Source: an uncultured Alphaproteobacteria bacterium (lineage in GTDB: Bacteria; Pseudomonadota; Alphaproteobacteria; Rhodobacterales; Rhodobacteraceae). From it: 64,000 nucleotides of DNA. Below, piece by piece: positions 10,566 to 19,723 of the stretch. The notes beneath the pieces are model-generated. The model made no database searches. It was not told where the DNA came from and saw nothing but the letters and a program-made list of their open reading frames with translations. Position 1 is the stretch's first letter. Each line of letters begins with the position of its first letter. The position numbers and the translations under genes were made by a program. The stretch is taken from NCBI GenBank assembly GCA_902537415.1, contig CACBBC010000005.1:14842-78841 (forward strand), read 5' to 3'.

Positions 10566-11305
10566 AAGCTATAATTTATATAGTCTGTACTTTTTTATCA
10601 ATTTTCTTTTTTTGGGAATTAGCGGTAAGGTTAGCAAACCCTCCACCCTATATACTTCCAACACCTTACTCTGTCTTAGTCGCATTTAAAGAAAACTCAC
10701 AGCTTATTTATGAACATTCAATTGTGACAATTGTAGAAGTCTTAATTGGGCTCACCATAGGGATAATATTAGGCATGATTACTGCTTTAACACTTGAAAT
10801 ATTCGTGACTGCACGCTTAATACTTAGACCACTGTTGATATTTAGCCAATCTATTCCAGTATTTGCAATTGCCCCATTACTTACTTTATGGCTTGGTTAT
10901 GGTATTTTGTCAAAAGTCGTTATGGCAATCTTGATTATTTATTTTCCTGTTACTTCAGCATTTCATGATGGTCTTTCTCAAACACCAAAACGATATCTTG
11001 ACCTCGCAAAGACAATGAGAGGAACAAACCGGAGAAATCTATTATATTTAAAAATTCCACATAGCATTCCTTCTTTATGTTCCGGAATAAAGTTAGCTAG
11101 CGTCTATGCACCAATCGGAGCAGTTATAGGGGAATGGGTTGGGTCATCTCAAGGCTTGGGATATCTTATGATTTTAGCAAATGGTCGAGTAAAAACTGAC
11201 CTAATGTTTGCTAGCCTTTTTACACTCGGAATTTTATCGATTACTTTATTCGGCTTAATAAGCTACTTATTACAGATTTCTCTATCTAAGTACTTGAAAG
11301 CATAG
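10562..11305 (+). CDS. ABC transporter permease (ThiX-like)
   Basis: 247 aa, polytopic hydrophobic protein that overlaps the ATPase gene by 4 nt. Composition fits a BPD-type permease. Confidence 0.75.
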   Translation: MKAIIYIVCTFLSIFFFWELAVRLANPPPYILPTPYSVLVAFKENSQLIYEHSIVTIVEVLIGLTIGIILGMITALTLEIFVTARLILRPLLIFSQSIPVFAIAPLLTLWLGYGILSKVVMAILIIYFPVTSAFHDGLSQTPKRYLDLAKTMRGTNRRNLLYLKIPHSIPSLCSGIKLASVYAPIGAVIGEWVGSSQGLGYLMILANGRVKTDLMFASLFTLGILSITLFGLISYLLQISLSKYLKA

Positions 11306-11435
11306 TTTCAGCTGAGGATGAAAAACTGTTATTAACCTCATTTTTTCAACCTTAAAAGTGATCAGTTTTCCATTTCTATATTGATTTCTTATTTTGATCA
11401 GACTATTAAAATTAAAAAGGGAAAATAAAGAAATC

Positions 11436-11846
11436 ATGAGTTTTTTGTCATCACCATATATGAGTTCTTTTGTAGGCTTTGACAGTCTTTTTGATGAAAT
11501 TGAACGCATGTCTTCTGTAAAACAGTCCACCTATCCCGCCTACGATATTAAAAAGCTTTCAAATAACAGTTTCATAATTGTTTTGGCACTCGCTGGCTTC
11601 AGTTCTAACGATCTTATTATAGAGGCAACATCAAGTGAATTGGTGGTTTGTGGCAATGGTGATAAGGATCCACAACATGAATATATTCATAAGGGAATAG
11701 CTAAACGAGCGTTTACTAAAACCTTTAGATTAGCTAACAATGTAAGAGTCAACGGAGCTGAGTTTAAAGATGGGCTATTGTCTATTCATCTTTACAGAGA
11801 AGAGCCAAAAAAAGAAACTCCGCAGAAGATTCCTATAAAATCATAA
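11436..11846 (+). CDS. Hsp20/IbpA-family small heat-shock protein
   Basis: Alpha-crystallin domain (YPAYDIKK...FIIVLALAGFS...GLLSIHL). The ATG at 11436 is preferred over the TTG at 11394 that opens the ORF. Confidence 0.8.
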   Translation: MSFLSSPYMSSFVGFDSLFDEIERMSSVKQSTYPAYDIKKLSNNSFIIVLALAGFSSNDLIIEATSSELVVCGNGDKDPQHEYIHKGIAKRAFTKTFRLANNVRVNGAEFKDGLLSIHLYREEPKKETPQKIPIKS

Positions 11847-12044
11847 ACCACTTATTAAAAGACATAGATAATTGAAAAATGACAAAGACAAGAAAAGGAT
11901 AGACAAAAAACTTCTCATGAACGAGACACTGTCTAAAAAAAGCAATTCGATTCAGGATAAAGTAATGAACTTGCGATTATCGAGACAAATTGATAAAGCA
12001 CGATTTGAAGCTGCATTTAAAACTCTCTTAAAAAAATAATAAAT

Positions 12045-13544
12045 TTAAATGATACCTTTTAATATTTTCTTCGCACTGTAAGATAGGTCTTTCAAATTTT
12101 GACCAGTATAAATATTTCTTGATATCTCTTTTCCTAGTTCGACACCCCATTGATCAAAACTATTAATTCCCCAAAGCAAGCCACATACAATAGTTGCATT
12201 TTCATACAGAGAAAGTAGTTTACCTAAAGACTTGGCATTGGTTCTATCCCAGCTTATAAAGATTGACGGCCTATTGCCTGTCATATTTCTATACTTTTCT
12301 TTATGTGTCTGTTTTCCCTTAATGAGGGCTTCTGCTTGTGCAATAGCGTTTACAACTAACCTTGAATGGGGTTCTAAATCTTTTTTATTTTTACTAACTA
12401 CATTCTTACCCTCAAGTGGAACTAAGAACTCCACTGGAATTTTTTCTATGCCTTGATGAAGTAACTGAAAAAAACTATGTTGAGACTCCGTTCCAATTTC
12501 CCCGAAAACTAAAGGTGCTGCAGGTAACTCTAGCTCGTTACCTAGAGCATCTAAGCTTTTCCCATTGCTCTCCATTTCCACTTGCTGAAACCAAGTTGGA
12601 AAAAATTTTAGACCATTCTCATAAGGAACAATTGCGAGATTTTGTAGATTTAGAACGTTTCTGTTCCATATCCTTGTTAACCCAAGAATATAGGGTAAAT
12701 TTAATTCAAGCTTTTCCTCCAAGAAATGCTTGTCCATTTTATGGGCTCCTGCGAGAAGTTGTTCGTAAACATCTATACCTAGAGACGCAACTAAGCCTAA
12801 ACCAAAATGCGACCACATTGAAAATCTACCCCCTACCCCATTAGGCACGTGAAAAACTGCATGCTCTTTAAGACCAGCTTCCAACGCTTTTTCTGGAAAT
12901 GATGTGACAGCCACCATATGGTCATTGAGATCCAAGCCCTCATTATTGAGCAAAGTTTTGACAAAGCTTAGATTAACTAGTGTTTCTTCTGTAGAAAACG
13001 ACTTGGAATTGAAGATAAAGAATGTTTCTTTGATATCTTTCATTTCTAGAGTATTTTCAAGGTTTGTGAAATCTAAATTCGATATGTTAATTAAGGAAGG
13101 TCCCTTACTTTCGTGCTTTAGTGCATGATAAACCATTTTTATGCCAAGGTCCGATCCTCCTATTCCTACATTAATTAAATTCTTTATTTTCTTTTGTTTT
13201 AGGAAAGAAATGAAAGACTTATACCTGTTGGTTTTATCTACTACTGAGTTTGAATTTCGTTCAAGAAAATGGGTTACGAACCTATTTTCAGTAACATTCA
13301 AAAAAGAACCCTCAAAAAGCTTCTTTTTTTTATCTTTAATGTCTATAGCCTCTCCAAGCATTTTAAGTTTAGAAAATTGCTTAGAGGAAATAAGCTGCCT
13401 AGTTATATCAAGTGATATATCCTCAAAACAAAAAGTGAAAGCCTTCTGTCTGTCTGGATTTTGGAGTTCGTTGGCGATAACAAACTCCAACTTTTTTTCT
13501 TCTTCTAAAATATCCCTAAAGTATTTGTTTTCATTCAGTTGCAT
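12045..13544 (-). CDS. pgi: glucose-6-phosphate isomerase
   Basis: 499 aa with PGI motifs VGIGGSDLG, GGRFSMWS and QWGVELGK. Confidence 0.88.
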   Translation of the reverse strand: MQLNENKYFRDILEEEKKLEFVIANELQNPDRQKAFTFCFEDISLDITRQLISSKQFSKLKMLGEAIDIKDKKKKLFEGSFLNVTENRFVTHFLERNSNSVVDKTNRYKSFISFLKQKKIKNLINVGIGGSDLGIKMVYHALKHESKGPSLINISNLDFTNLENTLEMKDIKETFFIFNSKSFSTEETLVNLSFVKTLLNNEGLDLNDHMVAVTSFPEKALEAGLKEHAVFHVPNGVGGRFSMWSHFGLGLVASLGIDVYEQLLAGAHKMDKHFLEEKLELNLPYILGLTRIWNRNVLNLQNLAIVPYENGLKFFPTWFQQVEMESNGKSLDALGNELELPAAPLVFGEIGTESQHSFFQLLHQGIEKIPVEFLVPLEGKNVVSKNKKDLEPHSRLVVNAIAQAEALIKGKQTHKEKYRNMTGNRPSIFISWDRTNAKSLGKLLSLYENATIVCGLLWGINSFDQWGVELGKEISRNIYTGQNLKDLSYSAKKILKGII

Positions 13545-13615
13545 TTTTCACAATCGCTTGAGTGTAGTTTCGGATAATATCTGATGCCACAACAAAGTTT
13601 TGAAGTCCAATTCTT

Positions 13616-14530
13616 TTAATACGATGTATTTTTTTCTTTATCCCCAATTACCATAAAAAGATAAACACCTAACAAAACAATGAATAATGAGATTAAATGA
13701 TAAAAGAATAACCTCTCCCCGAGCAAAAGCACTCCCAGGATCGCAGCGAAGATAGGTAGAAAATTAATAAATAACCCCGCTTTAGATGCTCCAACTAGCT
13801 CAACACCTCTTATAAAAAAAATCTGAGCTAGAAAAGAGGGGACAAAAGCTATGTAAAGTATAGTAAGCCAAGCAGTACTTGTAGCAGGAACCTGATTAAG
13901 TCCTAGATAGTATTCTATAATCAGTAGTGGAATCGAAAATATCAAGGCACTCAGCGAGAAATAAGTCATGAGTACAATAGGATCAATTACCGGTTTGTTT
14001 TTCAATCCAAGGGTAAAGCCAGAATAGAAAAAACAGGCACATAGCATCACTAAATCTCCATAATTAAAAGATAATAAAATTACTCTCTCATAGTCGCCTT
14101 GGCTTACCACTACTAGGACGCCAAAAAATGCTATTATCACTCCAGTAACCTTTGTAAAATTAACTGCCTCCTTGAACATAATTACTGACCCAACTAATAT
14201 GATTGCGGGCATGATGCCCTGAATAATACCTAAGTTTATTGCTGTTGTATTCTGAGCAGCTATGTAAAACAATGCATTAAACCCGGTGAGCCCAAGTGAG
14301 CCCATCAAGCAAAGCCAAACGAGCTTCCCACTTATTAACTTAAAAGACAAAATTAAATTCTTATTTAAAAATAAGATTAAAAAAATTGAAATAATAAACC
14401 ATCGCAAAAACACAACAACCATGGGCGAAATTTCACCAGTTGACATCCTTCCTGCGACCGTGTTGCCTGCCCAACCTAGCATTGCTAAACACAGTAAGAT
14501 AATACCATTTTTAAATATAAAAGAATACAC
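13616..14530 (-). CDS. EamA/DMT-family transporter
   Basis: 304 aa with about 10 hydrophobic segments and the two-fold EamA-like architecture. Confidence 0.7.
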   Translation of the reverse strand: MYSFIFKNGIILLCLAMLGWAGNTVAGRMSTGEISPMVVVFLRWFIISIFLILFLNKNLILSFKLISGKLVWLCLMGSLGLTGFNALFYIAAQNTTAINLGIIQGIMPAIILVGSVIMFKEAVNFTKVTGVIIAFFGVLVVVSQGDYERVILLSFNYGDLVMLCACFFYSGFTLGLKNKPVIDPIVLMTYFSLSALIFSIPLLIIEYYLGLNQVPATSTAWLTILYIAFVPSFLAQIFFIRGVELVGASKAGLFINFLPIFAAILGVLLLGERLFFYHLISLFIVLLGVYLFMVIGDKEKNTSY

Positions 14531-14571
14531 TGGCTAACCCACTGAGCGACTTTCTTTAGTCAAAACAAAAA

Positions 14572-14648
14572 TGGTGACCCCGGTACGATTCGAACGTACG
14601 ACCTACTGATTAGAAGTCAGTTGCTCTATCCAGCTGAGCTACGGGGCC
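14572..14648 (-). tRNA. tRNA-Arg (anticodon UCU)
   Basis: The reverse complement reads GGCCCCGTAGCTCAGCTGGATAGAGCAACTGACTTCTAATCAGTAGGTCGTACGTTCGAATCGTACCGGGGTCACCA. The cloverleaf folds by hand, the anticodon loop is CUUCUAA, and CCA is encoded. Confidence 0.9.
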
Positions 14649-14748
14649 ACGTATGGGCAGTGGTATCATAGGAACACTTTATAGTAAATTAAATTTAATT
14701 GAGTCAGTATAGATTATAGCTAAACAGTTTAAGAGTTTCATAATAATG

Positions 14749-15060
14749 CTAGTGAGTCCAAGGTCTTCTTCTGCTGTAATCAAAATTATCACCGTAACCA
14801 TTCTTTCGGATATTCATCTTTTTTTCTGAGCCCTCGTCAATAAAATATAAGAGCTTATTGCTTTTAGCGTATTGAATTGCCTCCTCCTTAGTTTCAAATT
14901 TTAATTTTATTTGACTGGTGGTATCACTAGAGCCAATCCAACTCATAACCTGGTCTATCGGTTTATGATCGTTTTTTTCAAATTCTAAAAACCACTGATT
15001 TGTATTACCCGTGCCCGACTGCATCGCGGTCTTCGATGTTTTAAATATTCGCGCTACCAT
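14749..15060 (-). CDS. ETC complex I subunit conserved-region protein (NDUFS4-like)
   Basis: 103 aa. SGTGNTNQWFLEF...MSWIGSSDT...LKFETKEEAIQYA matches the small alphaproteobacterial NDUFS4 homologues. Confidence 0.7.
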   Translation of the reverse strand: MVARIFKTSKTAMQSGTGNTNQWFLEFEKNDHKPIDQVMSWIGSSDTTSQIKLKFETKEEAIQYAKSNKLLYFIDEGSEKKMNIRKNGYGDNFDYSRRRPWTH

Positions 15061-15176
15061 AAAATTTCCTAAAAATCAGTTTAAATTTCTCGAATGATAC
15101 TATATTGAATTACAGAAGTTTTAAATAGCAAAATCATAAACCAACGATAAAAGTAACCTTATAAAGTCTGTCCAAT

Positions 15177-17210
15177 ATGAATGAGTTAATCATCGAAAAA
15201 AATGAATTGCGTGTTGTTTCAGAGTTTAAACCTGCCGGTGATCAACCTACCGCGATTGACGAGTTGGTTGAGGGGCTATGTAAGGGCGAAAAGAACCAAG
15301 TTTTACTTGGGGCCACTGGCACGGGCAAAACTTTTACAATGGCTAAAATTATTGAGTCAACACAACGTCCCGCGCTTATTCTTGCTCCTAACAAAACATT
15401 GGCAGGGCAACTTTTTGGAGAATTCCAAAAATTCTTTCCAGAAAATGCAGTGGAATATTTTGTCTCATATTATGACTACTATCAACCAGAGGCTTACGTT
15501 CCAAGATCCGATACTTACATTGAAAAAGAAGCTCAAATAAATGAGCAAATTGACAGAATGCGGCACTCAGCGACAAGATCCCTGTTGGAACGAAAAGACG
15601 TAGTTATTGTCGCATCCGTTTCTTGTATTTATGGTATAGGTTCAGTTGAAACTTACAGCTCCATGACACAAAGTTTAAATAAAGGAGGTACTTTTAATCA
15701 AAGGCAAGTAGTTAAAAACTTGGTTGAGCAACAGTATCGGAGAAATGACAAAAATTTTCAAAGAGGGAATTTTCGAGTGCGCGGTGACACGCTAGATGTA
15801 TGGCCAGCTCATTTAGAAGATCGAGCGTGGAGATTTTTGTTCTTTGGTGACGAGCTTGAAAAAATTGTTGAATTTGATCCGTTAACTGGGAAAAAGCTTG
15901 CGGAACTGTCCCAAGCAAAAATCTATGCAAATTCGCATTATGTGACACCTAGACCGACTCTACAACAGGCAATAAAAAATATAAAAGCAGAGCTAGTGAT
16001 CAGACTTAAACAGCTCAATAACGAAAATAAACTTCTTGAGGCACAAAGATTAGAACAAAGAACTAACTTCGACTTAGAGATGATCGAGGCAACAGGTATG
16101 TGTAATGGTATTGAGAATTACTCAAGGTATCTTACAGGTAGGAAACCAGGGGAGCCACCCCCTACACTTTTCGAGTATATTCCCGACAATGCAATTGTTT
16201 TTGCAGATGAAAGCCATGTGAGTATACCACAGCTTGGTGGTATGTTTAAAGGAGATTTCAGAAGGAAAAGTACTCTTTCGGAGTATGGTTTTAGACTTCC
16301 TTCGTGTACCGATAATAGACCATTAAAATTTGAAGAGTGGGATGCTATGAGGCCCCATACAATTTATGTATCTGCTACTCCTGGGGCTTGGGAATTAGAC
16401 CAAACACAGGGGGTTTTCACTGAGCAAATTATCAGACCTACCGGTCTAATAGATCCCGAAATTGAGGTTCGACCTACTGACTCTCAAATAGATGATTTGA
16501 TATTAGAGGTTAGCAAAGTAACAGCGAGAAATCTTAGGACTCTTTGCACTGTACTGACAAAAAAAATGGCTGAAGATCTCACCGAATATCTTCATGAGAA
16601 GGGCATTAGAGTTAGATATATGCACTCTGATATAGATACTTTAGAAAGATTAGAAATTCTTCGTGATTTACGAATAGGCACTTTTGATGTTTTGGTGGGT
16701 ATCAATCTTCTAAGAGAGGGTTTAGATATTCCAGAATGTGGATTAGTTGCAATATTAGATGCTGATAAGGAAGGGTTTTTGCGTTCTGAAACCTCATTGA
16801 TACAAACAATTGGAAGGGCCGCTAGAAATATTGACGGAAAGGTCCTAATGTATGCCGACACAATCACCAAAAGCATGAAGAAAGCAATAGACGAAACTGA
16901 TAGACGCCGTGATAAACAAAAAAAGTACAACGTTGAGAACAGCATAACACCTAAAACAATCGAGAAAAATGTTAACGATATATTGGAGGGTCTATATAAA
17001 GGGGACACTGACCAAGCTAGAGTAACGGCTGATTTGGAGAAAACACCTGGGATTGGTCATAATCTATCCAGTCATCTGGAAGATTTAAAATCGCAAATGC
17101 TTAAGGCTGCAGAAAATCTTGAGTTTGAAGAAGCGGCTAAATTAAGAGACCAAATACAGAAGCTTGAAAAAACAGAATTAGAAATAAAAAAAGATCCTTT
17201 TGCGAGATAA
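15177..17210 (+). CDS. uvrB: excinuclease ABC subunit B
   Basis: 677 aa with Walker A GATGTGKT, the YYDYYQPEAY beta-hairpin region, helicase motifs and a C-terminal UVR domain (FEEAAKLRDQI). Confidence 0.95.
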   Translation: MNELIIEKNELRVVSEFKPAGDQPTAIDELVEGLCKGEKNQVLLGATGTGKTFTMAKIIESTQRPALILAPNKTLAGQLFGEFQKFFPENAVEYFVSYYDYYQPEAYVPRSDTYIEKEAQINEQIDRMRHSATRSLLERKDVVIVASVSCIYGIGSVETYSSMTQSLNKGGTFNQRQVVKNLVEQQYRRNDKNFQRGNFRVRGDTLDVWPAHLEDRAWRFLFFGDELEKIVEFDPLTGKKLAELSQAKIYANSHYVTPRPTLQQAIKNIKAELVIRLKQLNNENKLLEAQRLEQRTNFDLEMIEATGMCNGIENYSRYLTGRKPGEPPPTLFEYIPDNAIVFADESHVSIPQLGGMFKGDFRRKSTLSEYGFRLPSCTDNRPLKFEEWDAMRPHTIYVSATPGAWELDQTQGVFTEQIIRPTGLIDPEIEVRPTDSQIDDLILEVSKVTARNLRTLCTVLTKKMAEDLTEYLHEKGIRVRYMHSDIDTLERLEILRDLRIGTFDVLVGINLLREGLDIPECGLVAILDADKEGFLRSETSLIQTIGRAARNIDGKVLMYADTITKSMKKAIDETDRRRDKQKKYNVENSITPKTIEKNVNDILEGLYKGDTDQARVTADLEKTPGIGHNLSSHLEDLKSQMLKAAENLEFEEAAKLRDQIQKLEKTELEIKKDPFAR

Positions 17211-17213
17211 CCA

Positions 17214-17633
17214 CTAAGTTTCACCTGCTAAATTTATTGTTAAAACCCCCGCTATTTTCCACAGATCATCATATTTTTCAAGAATATAGTCATATGTCTC
17301 CAGGCGGCCATCATAGGATTGGAATAACACTCTTTGAATAGATTTATTGCCAAGGTCTCGAAATTTTGTGAATTTAAAGCTCTTTGGCCTCCATATAATA
17401 GGGTATCCGTTCTTGACCATCATACCAAAAACTTCTGGGTTTGAGAACTGTGCTTGAATGTTGGGCGCCGCAAATGTATATGCTTTCTCAATATTATTTT
17501 CTTTGAAAGCCTCGATCTGTGAACTTATGGTATTACGTACCATTTCACTTTCATCAGCAAAGACTAAAGTGCCCAATAAAGAAATAAATAATGCGATGAT
17601 CCACACTTTTTTTATACCAAGTCTCAACCTCAT
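17214..17633 (-). CDS. secreted DUF4864-like protein
   Basis: 139 aa with a signal peptide. QIEAFKENNIEKAYTFAAPNIQAQFSNPEVFGMMV resembles DUF4864. Its start overlaps the lysK stop by 4 nt. Confidence 0.45.
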   Translation of the reverse strand: MRLRLGIKKVWIIALFISLLGTLVFADESEMVRNTISSQIEAFKENNIEKAYTFAAPNIQAQFSNPEVFGMMVKNGYPIIWRPKSFKFTKFRDLGNKSIQRVLFQSYDGRLETYDYILEKYDDLWKIAGVLTINLAGET

Positions 17634-19198
17634 TGTGATACCTCATTCAACTTTTCGACTGTTTTTTCTTTACCTAAGAGAGCAAAAAAACTGCCTAGCC
17701 TAGGACCACTTTGACTTCCCAATAGAACTTCATATATCAATTTGAACCAATCCCTAGTGTTTTCAAATCCATTTGTTTTACCCACATCTAAAATAATTTG
17801 CTGAATTTCACTCGCATCCCAGCTTTCATGTAATCCTTCTAGTTTTTTTGTAAGCTCAACAAAAGGGATACGCTCAGTAGCTGAGGGCTGCTTAAAAACT
17901 AGCTTGGATTCAAGAAAATCACGAAAATAATTTATGGCATTTTGTAAAGCTCCGCGCATTGTGGCGTTCATAGGATCACCTTTTTCGTTAACATACTGCC
18001 TTACGAATGAAAGAAGAGTTTCTATACTTGTTGATCCAGTTGCCCCCGCTAAGTTCATTAGCATAGAAAAAGAAACAAGTAATTCTGACTTAGGAGGATT
18101 GGCTCGATGAAGGTGCCAAACAGGGTTTTGATATTTATCCTCCTCGCTCTGTTGGTGATACACTTCTAAAAACTTATGGTAATCATCAACAGCTCTTGGA
18201 ATGGAGTCAAAATAAAGTCTTTTTGCGGTCTTTGGCTTTTGAAACATAAAGAGGCTCAAAGACTCCTTTGATCCATATCTTAGCCACTCTTCAACTGACA
18301 GGCCATTACCTTTTGATTTTGAAATTTTTTGCCCTTGGTCATCAAGGAATAACTCATAAAAAAACTGATACGGCGCATTTCTCCCTAGCACTCTGCATAT
18401 TTTTGATGCTAAATTTGCAGATGGAATTAAGTCTTTGCCGTACATTTCATAATCTACAGACAATGCAAACCATCTCATTGCCCAATCGGCTTTCCATTGT
18501 AGTTTTACATTCCCATCAGTGACTGAAGTTTTAACTTTTTCCCCGTCAACATCTTTATACACTATCGAATGTGTTGAAGTATCAATTTCGAGGGTTGGAA
18601 CTTGCAAAACTTTACCAGACTTTCTACTTATTGGTAAAAAAGGCGAGTAGGTTAATTTTCTTTCGGGTCCGAGAGAAGGTAAAACTATTTCCATAATATC
18701 ATTATATTTAGCTAGGACTTGTACTAATGCTTCGTTGAAAACACCTGTAGTGTAACATTCGGTTGACGAAATAAAGTTATAGTCAAAATTAAAACTATCT
18801 AGAAACTCACATAACTTACTATTGTTGTGATCAGCAAAGCTTTTGTGGGTACCAAAGGGATCGGTTACCCTTGAAAGGGGTAAATCTAAATCTCGTTCTA
18901 CTAACTCTTTATTTGGTATATTGTCAGGAACTTTTCGAAGACCATCCAAATCATCTGAAAAACACAAGAGATTGGTTTTAATTCCATATAGTTTTTCAAA
19001 GGAATGCATAACCATTGAGGTTCTCATAACCTCACCGAATGTTCCAATGTGAGGTAATCCAGATGGACCATACCCAGTCTGAAAAGTAACCTTATCTTTA
19101 CTTTCATTGATATTTTGCAAATATTTGTTTAGACCAACTGCTTCTTGTACAGGCCAAACTTTAATATTATTGGGTATATTTTCCATAAGGTTCACCAA
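17630..19198 (-). CDS. lysK: lysine--tRNA ligase, class I
   Basis: 522 aa with a HIGH-type motif (PSGLPHIGTFGE) and a KMSKS-type motif (KISKSKGNG). Length and architecture fit class I LysRS. Confidence 0.85.
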   Translation of the reverse strand: MVNLMENIPNNIKVWPVQEAVGLNKYLQNINESKDKVTFQTGYGPSGLPHIGTFGEVMRTSMVMHSFEKLYGIKTNLLCFSDDLDGLRKVPDNIPNKELVERDLDLPLSRVTDPFGTHKSFADHNNSKLCEFLDSFNFDYNFISSTECYTTGVFNEALVQVLAKYNDIMEIVLPSLGPERKLTYSPFLPISRKSGKVLQVPTLEIDTSTHSIVYKDVDGEKVKTSVTDGNVKLQWKADWAMRWFALSVDYEMYGKDLIPSANLASKICRVLGRNAPYQFFYELFLDDQGQKISKSKGNGLSVEEWLRYGSKESLSLFMFQKPKTAKRLYFDSIPRAVDDYHKFLEVYHQQSEEDKYQNPVWHLHRANPPKSELLVSFSMLMNLAGATGSTSIETLLSFVRQYVNEKGDPMNATMRGALQNAINYFRDFLESKLVFKQPSATERIPFVELTKKLEGLHESWDASEIQQIILDVGKTNGFENTRDWFKLIYEVLLGSQSGPRLGSFFALLGKEKTVEKLNEVSQ

Positions 19199-19285
19199 TC
19201 CACATCAAAGGAAATAAAAATATAAATGTTGTTCAAATAAGTGAGATCCGTATAATATAAAAGTCAAAGAATTGCTAGCATTTAA

Positions 19286-19714
19286 ATGGATATAAACTCA
19301 AGTACAACAATATTGAGCCCTCAAGATGCGTTGGTAGCTATTATGATAGCAGAAGGAACGTCGCACCAAGGTGTCACGAAAATTGAATTTGCCTCGATAA
19401 TCAAAATTGTTGAACATTTACCAATATTTAAAGATTATGATGTAGCCCGTGTAAAAACTATAGCCGAGACTGTGTTTGACATATTTGAAGAGGAAGATGG
19501 ACTGGATGCGCTTTTTGGTTTGATAAGGGTCTCTCTACCTGAGCATCTCTATGAAACAGCTTACGCTTTAGCTTGCGATGTAGCTGCCGCAGACGGGCGC
19601 CTTAAAGAAATTGAGCTACAATTATTAAGAGAAATAAGATACGAACTCAACATAGACCGCCTACATGGAGCCGCTATAGAAAGAGGTGCTAGAGCAAGAC
19701 ACCTTACTGTCTAA
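19286..19714 (+). CDS. TerB-like (tellurite-resistance TerB family) protein
   Basis: 142 aa. ACDVAAADGRLKEIELQLLREI is a TerB-type helical motif. Confidence 0.5.
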   Translation: MDINSSTTILSPQDALVAIMIAEGTSHQGVTKIEFASIIKIVEHLPIFKDYDVARVKTIAETVFDIFEEEDGLDALFGLIRVSLPEHLYETAYALACDVAAADGRLKEIELQLLREIRYELNIDRLHGAAIERGARARHLTV

Positions 19715-19723
19715 AATCAACAC

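Noticed and set aside
11351-11380. Sigma-32-like heat-shock promoter upstream of hsp20 (CTTAAAA-N13-CCATTTCT)
   Set aside because: It only partly resembles CTTGAAA / CCCCATNT. AT-rich intergenic DNA yields such matches easily, and there is no second line of evidence.
12232-13584. Four + strand ORFs (74-147 aa) opposite pgi
   Set aside because: All lie within the pgi coding region on the other strand and have no recognisable motifs. pgi is unambiguous.
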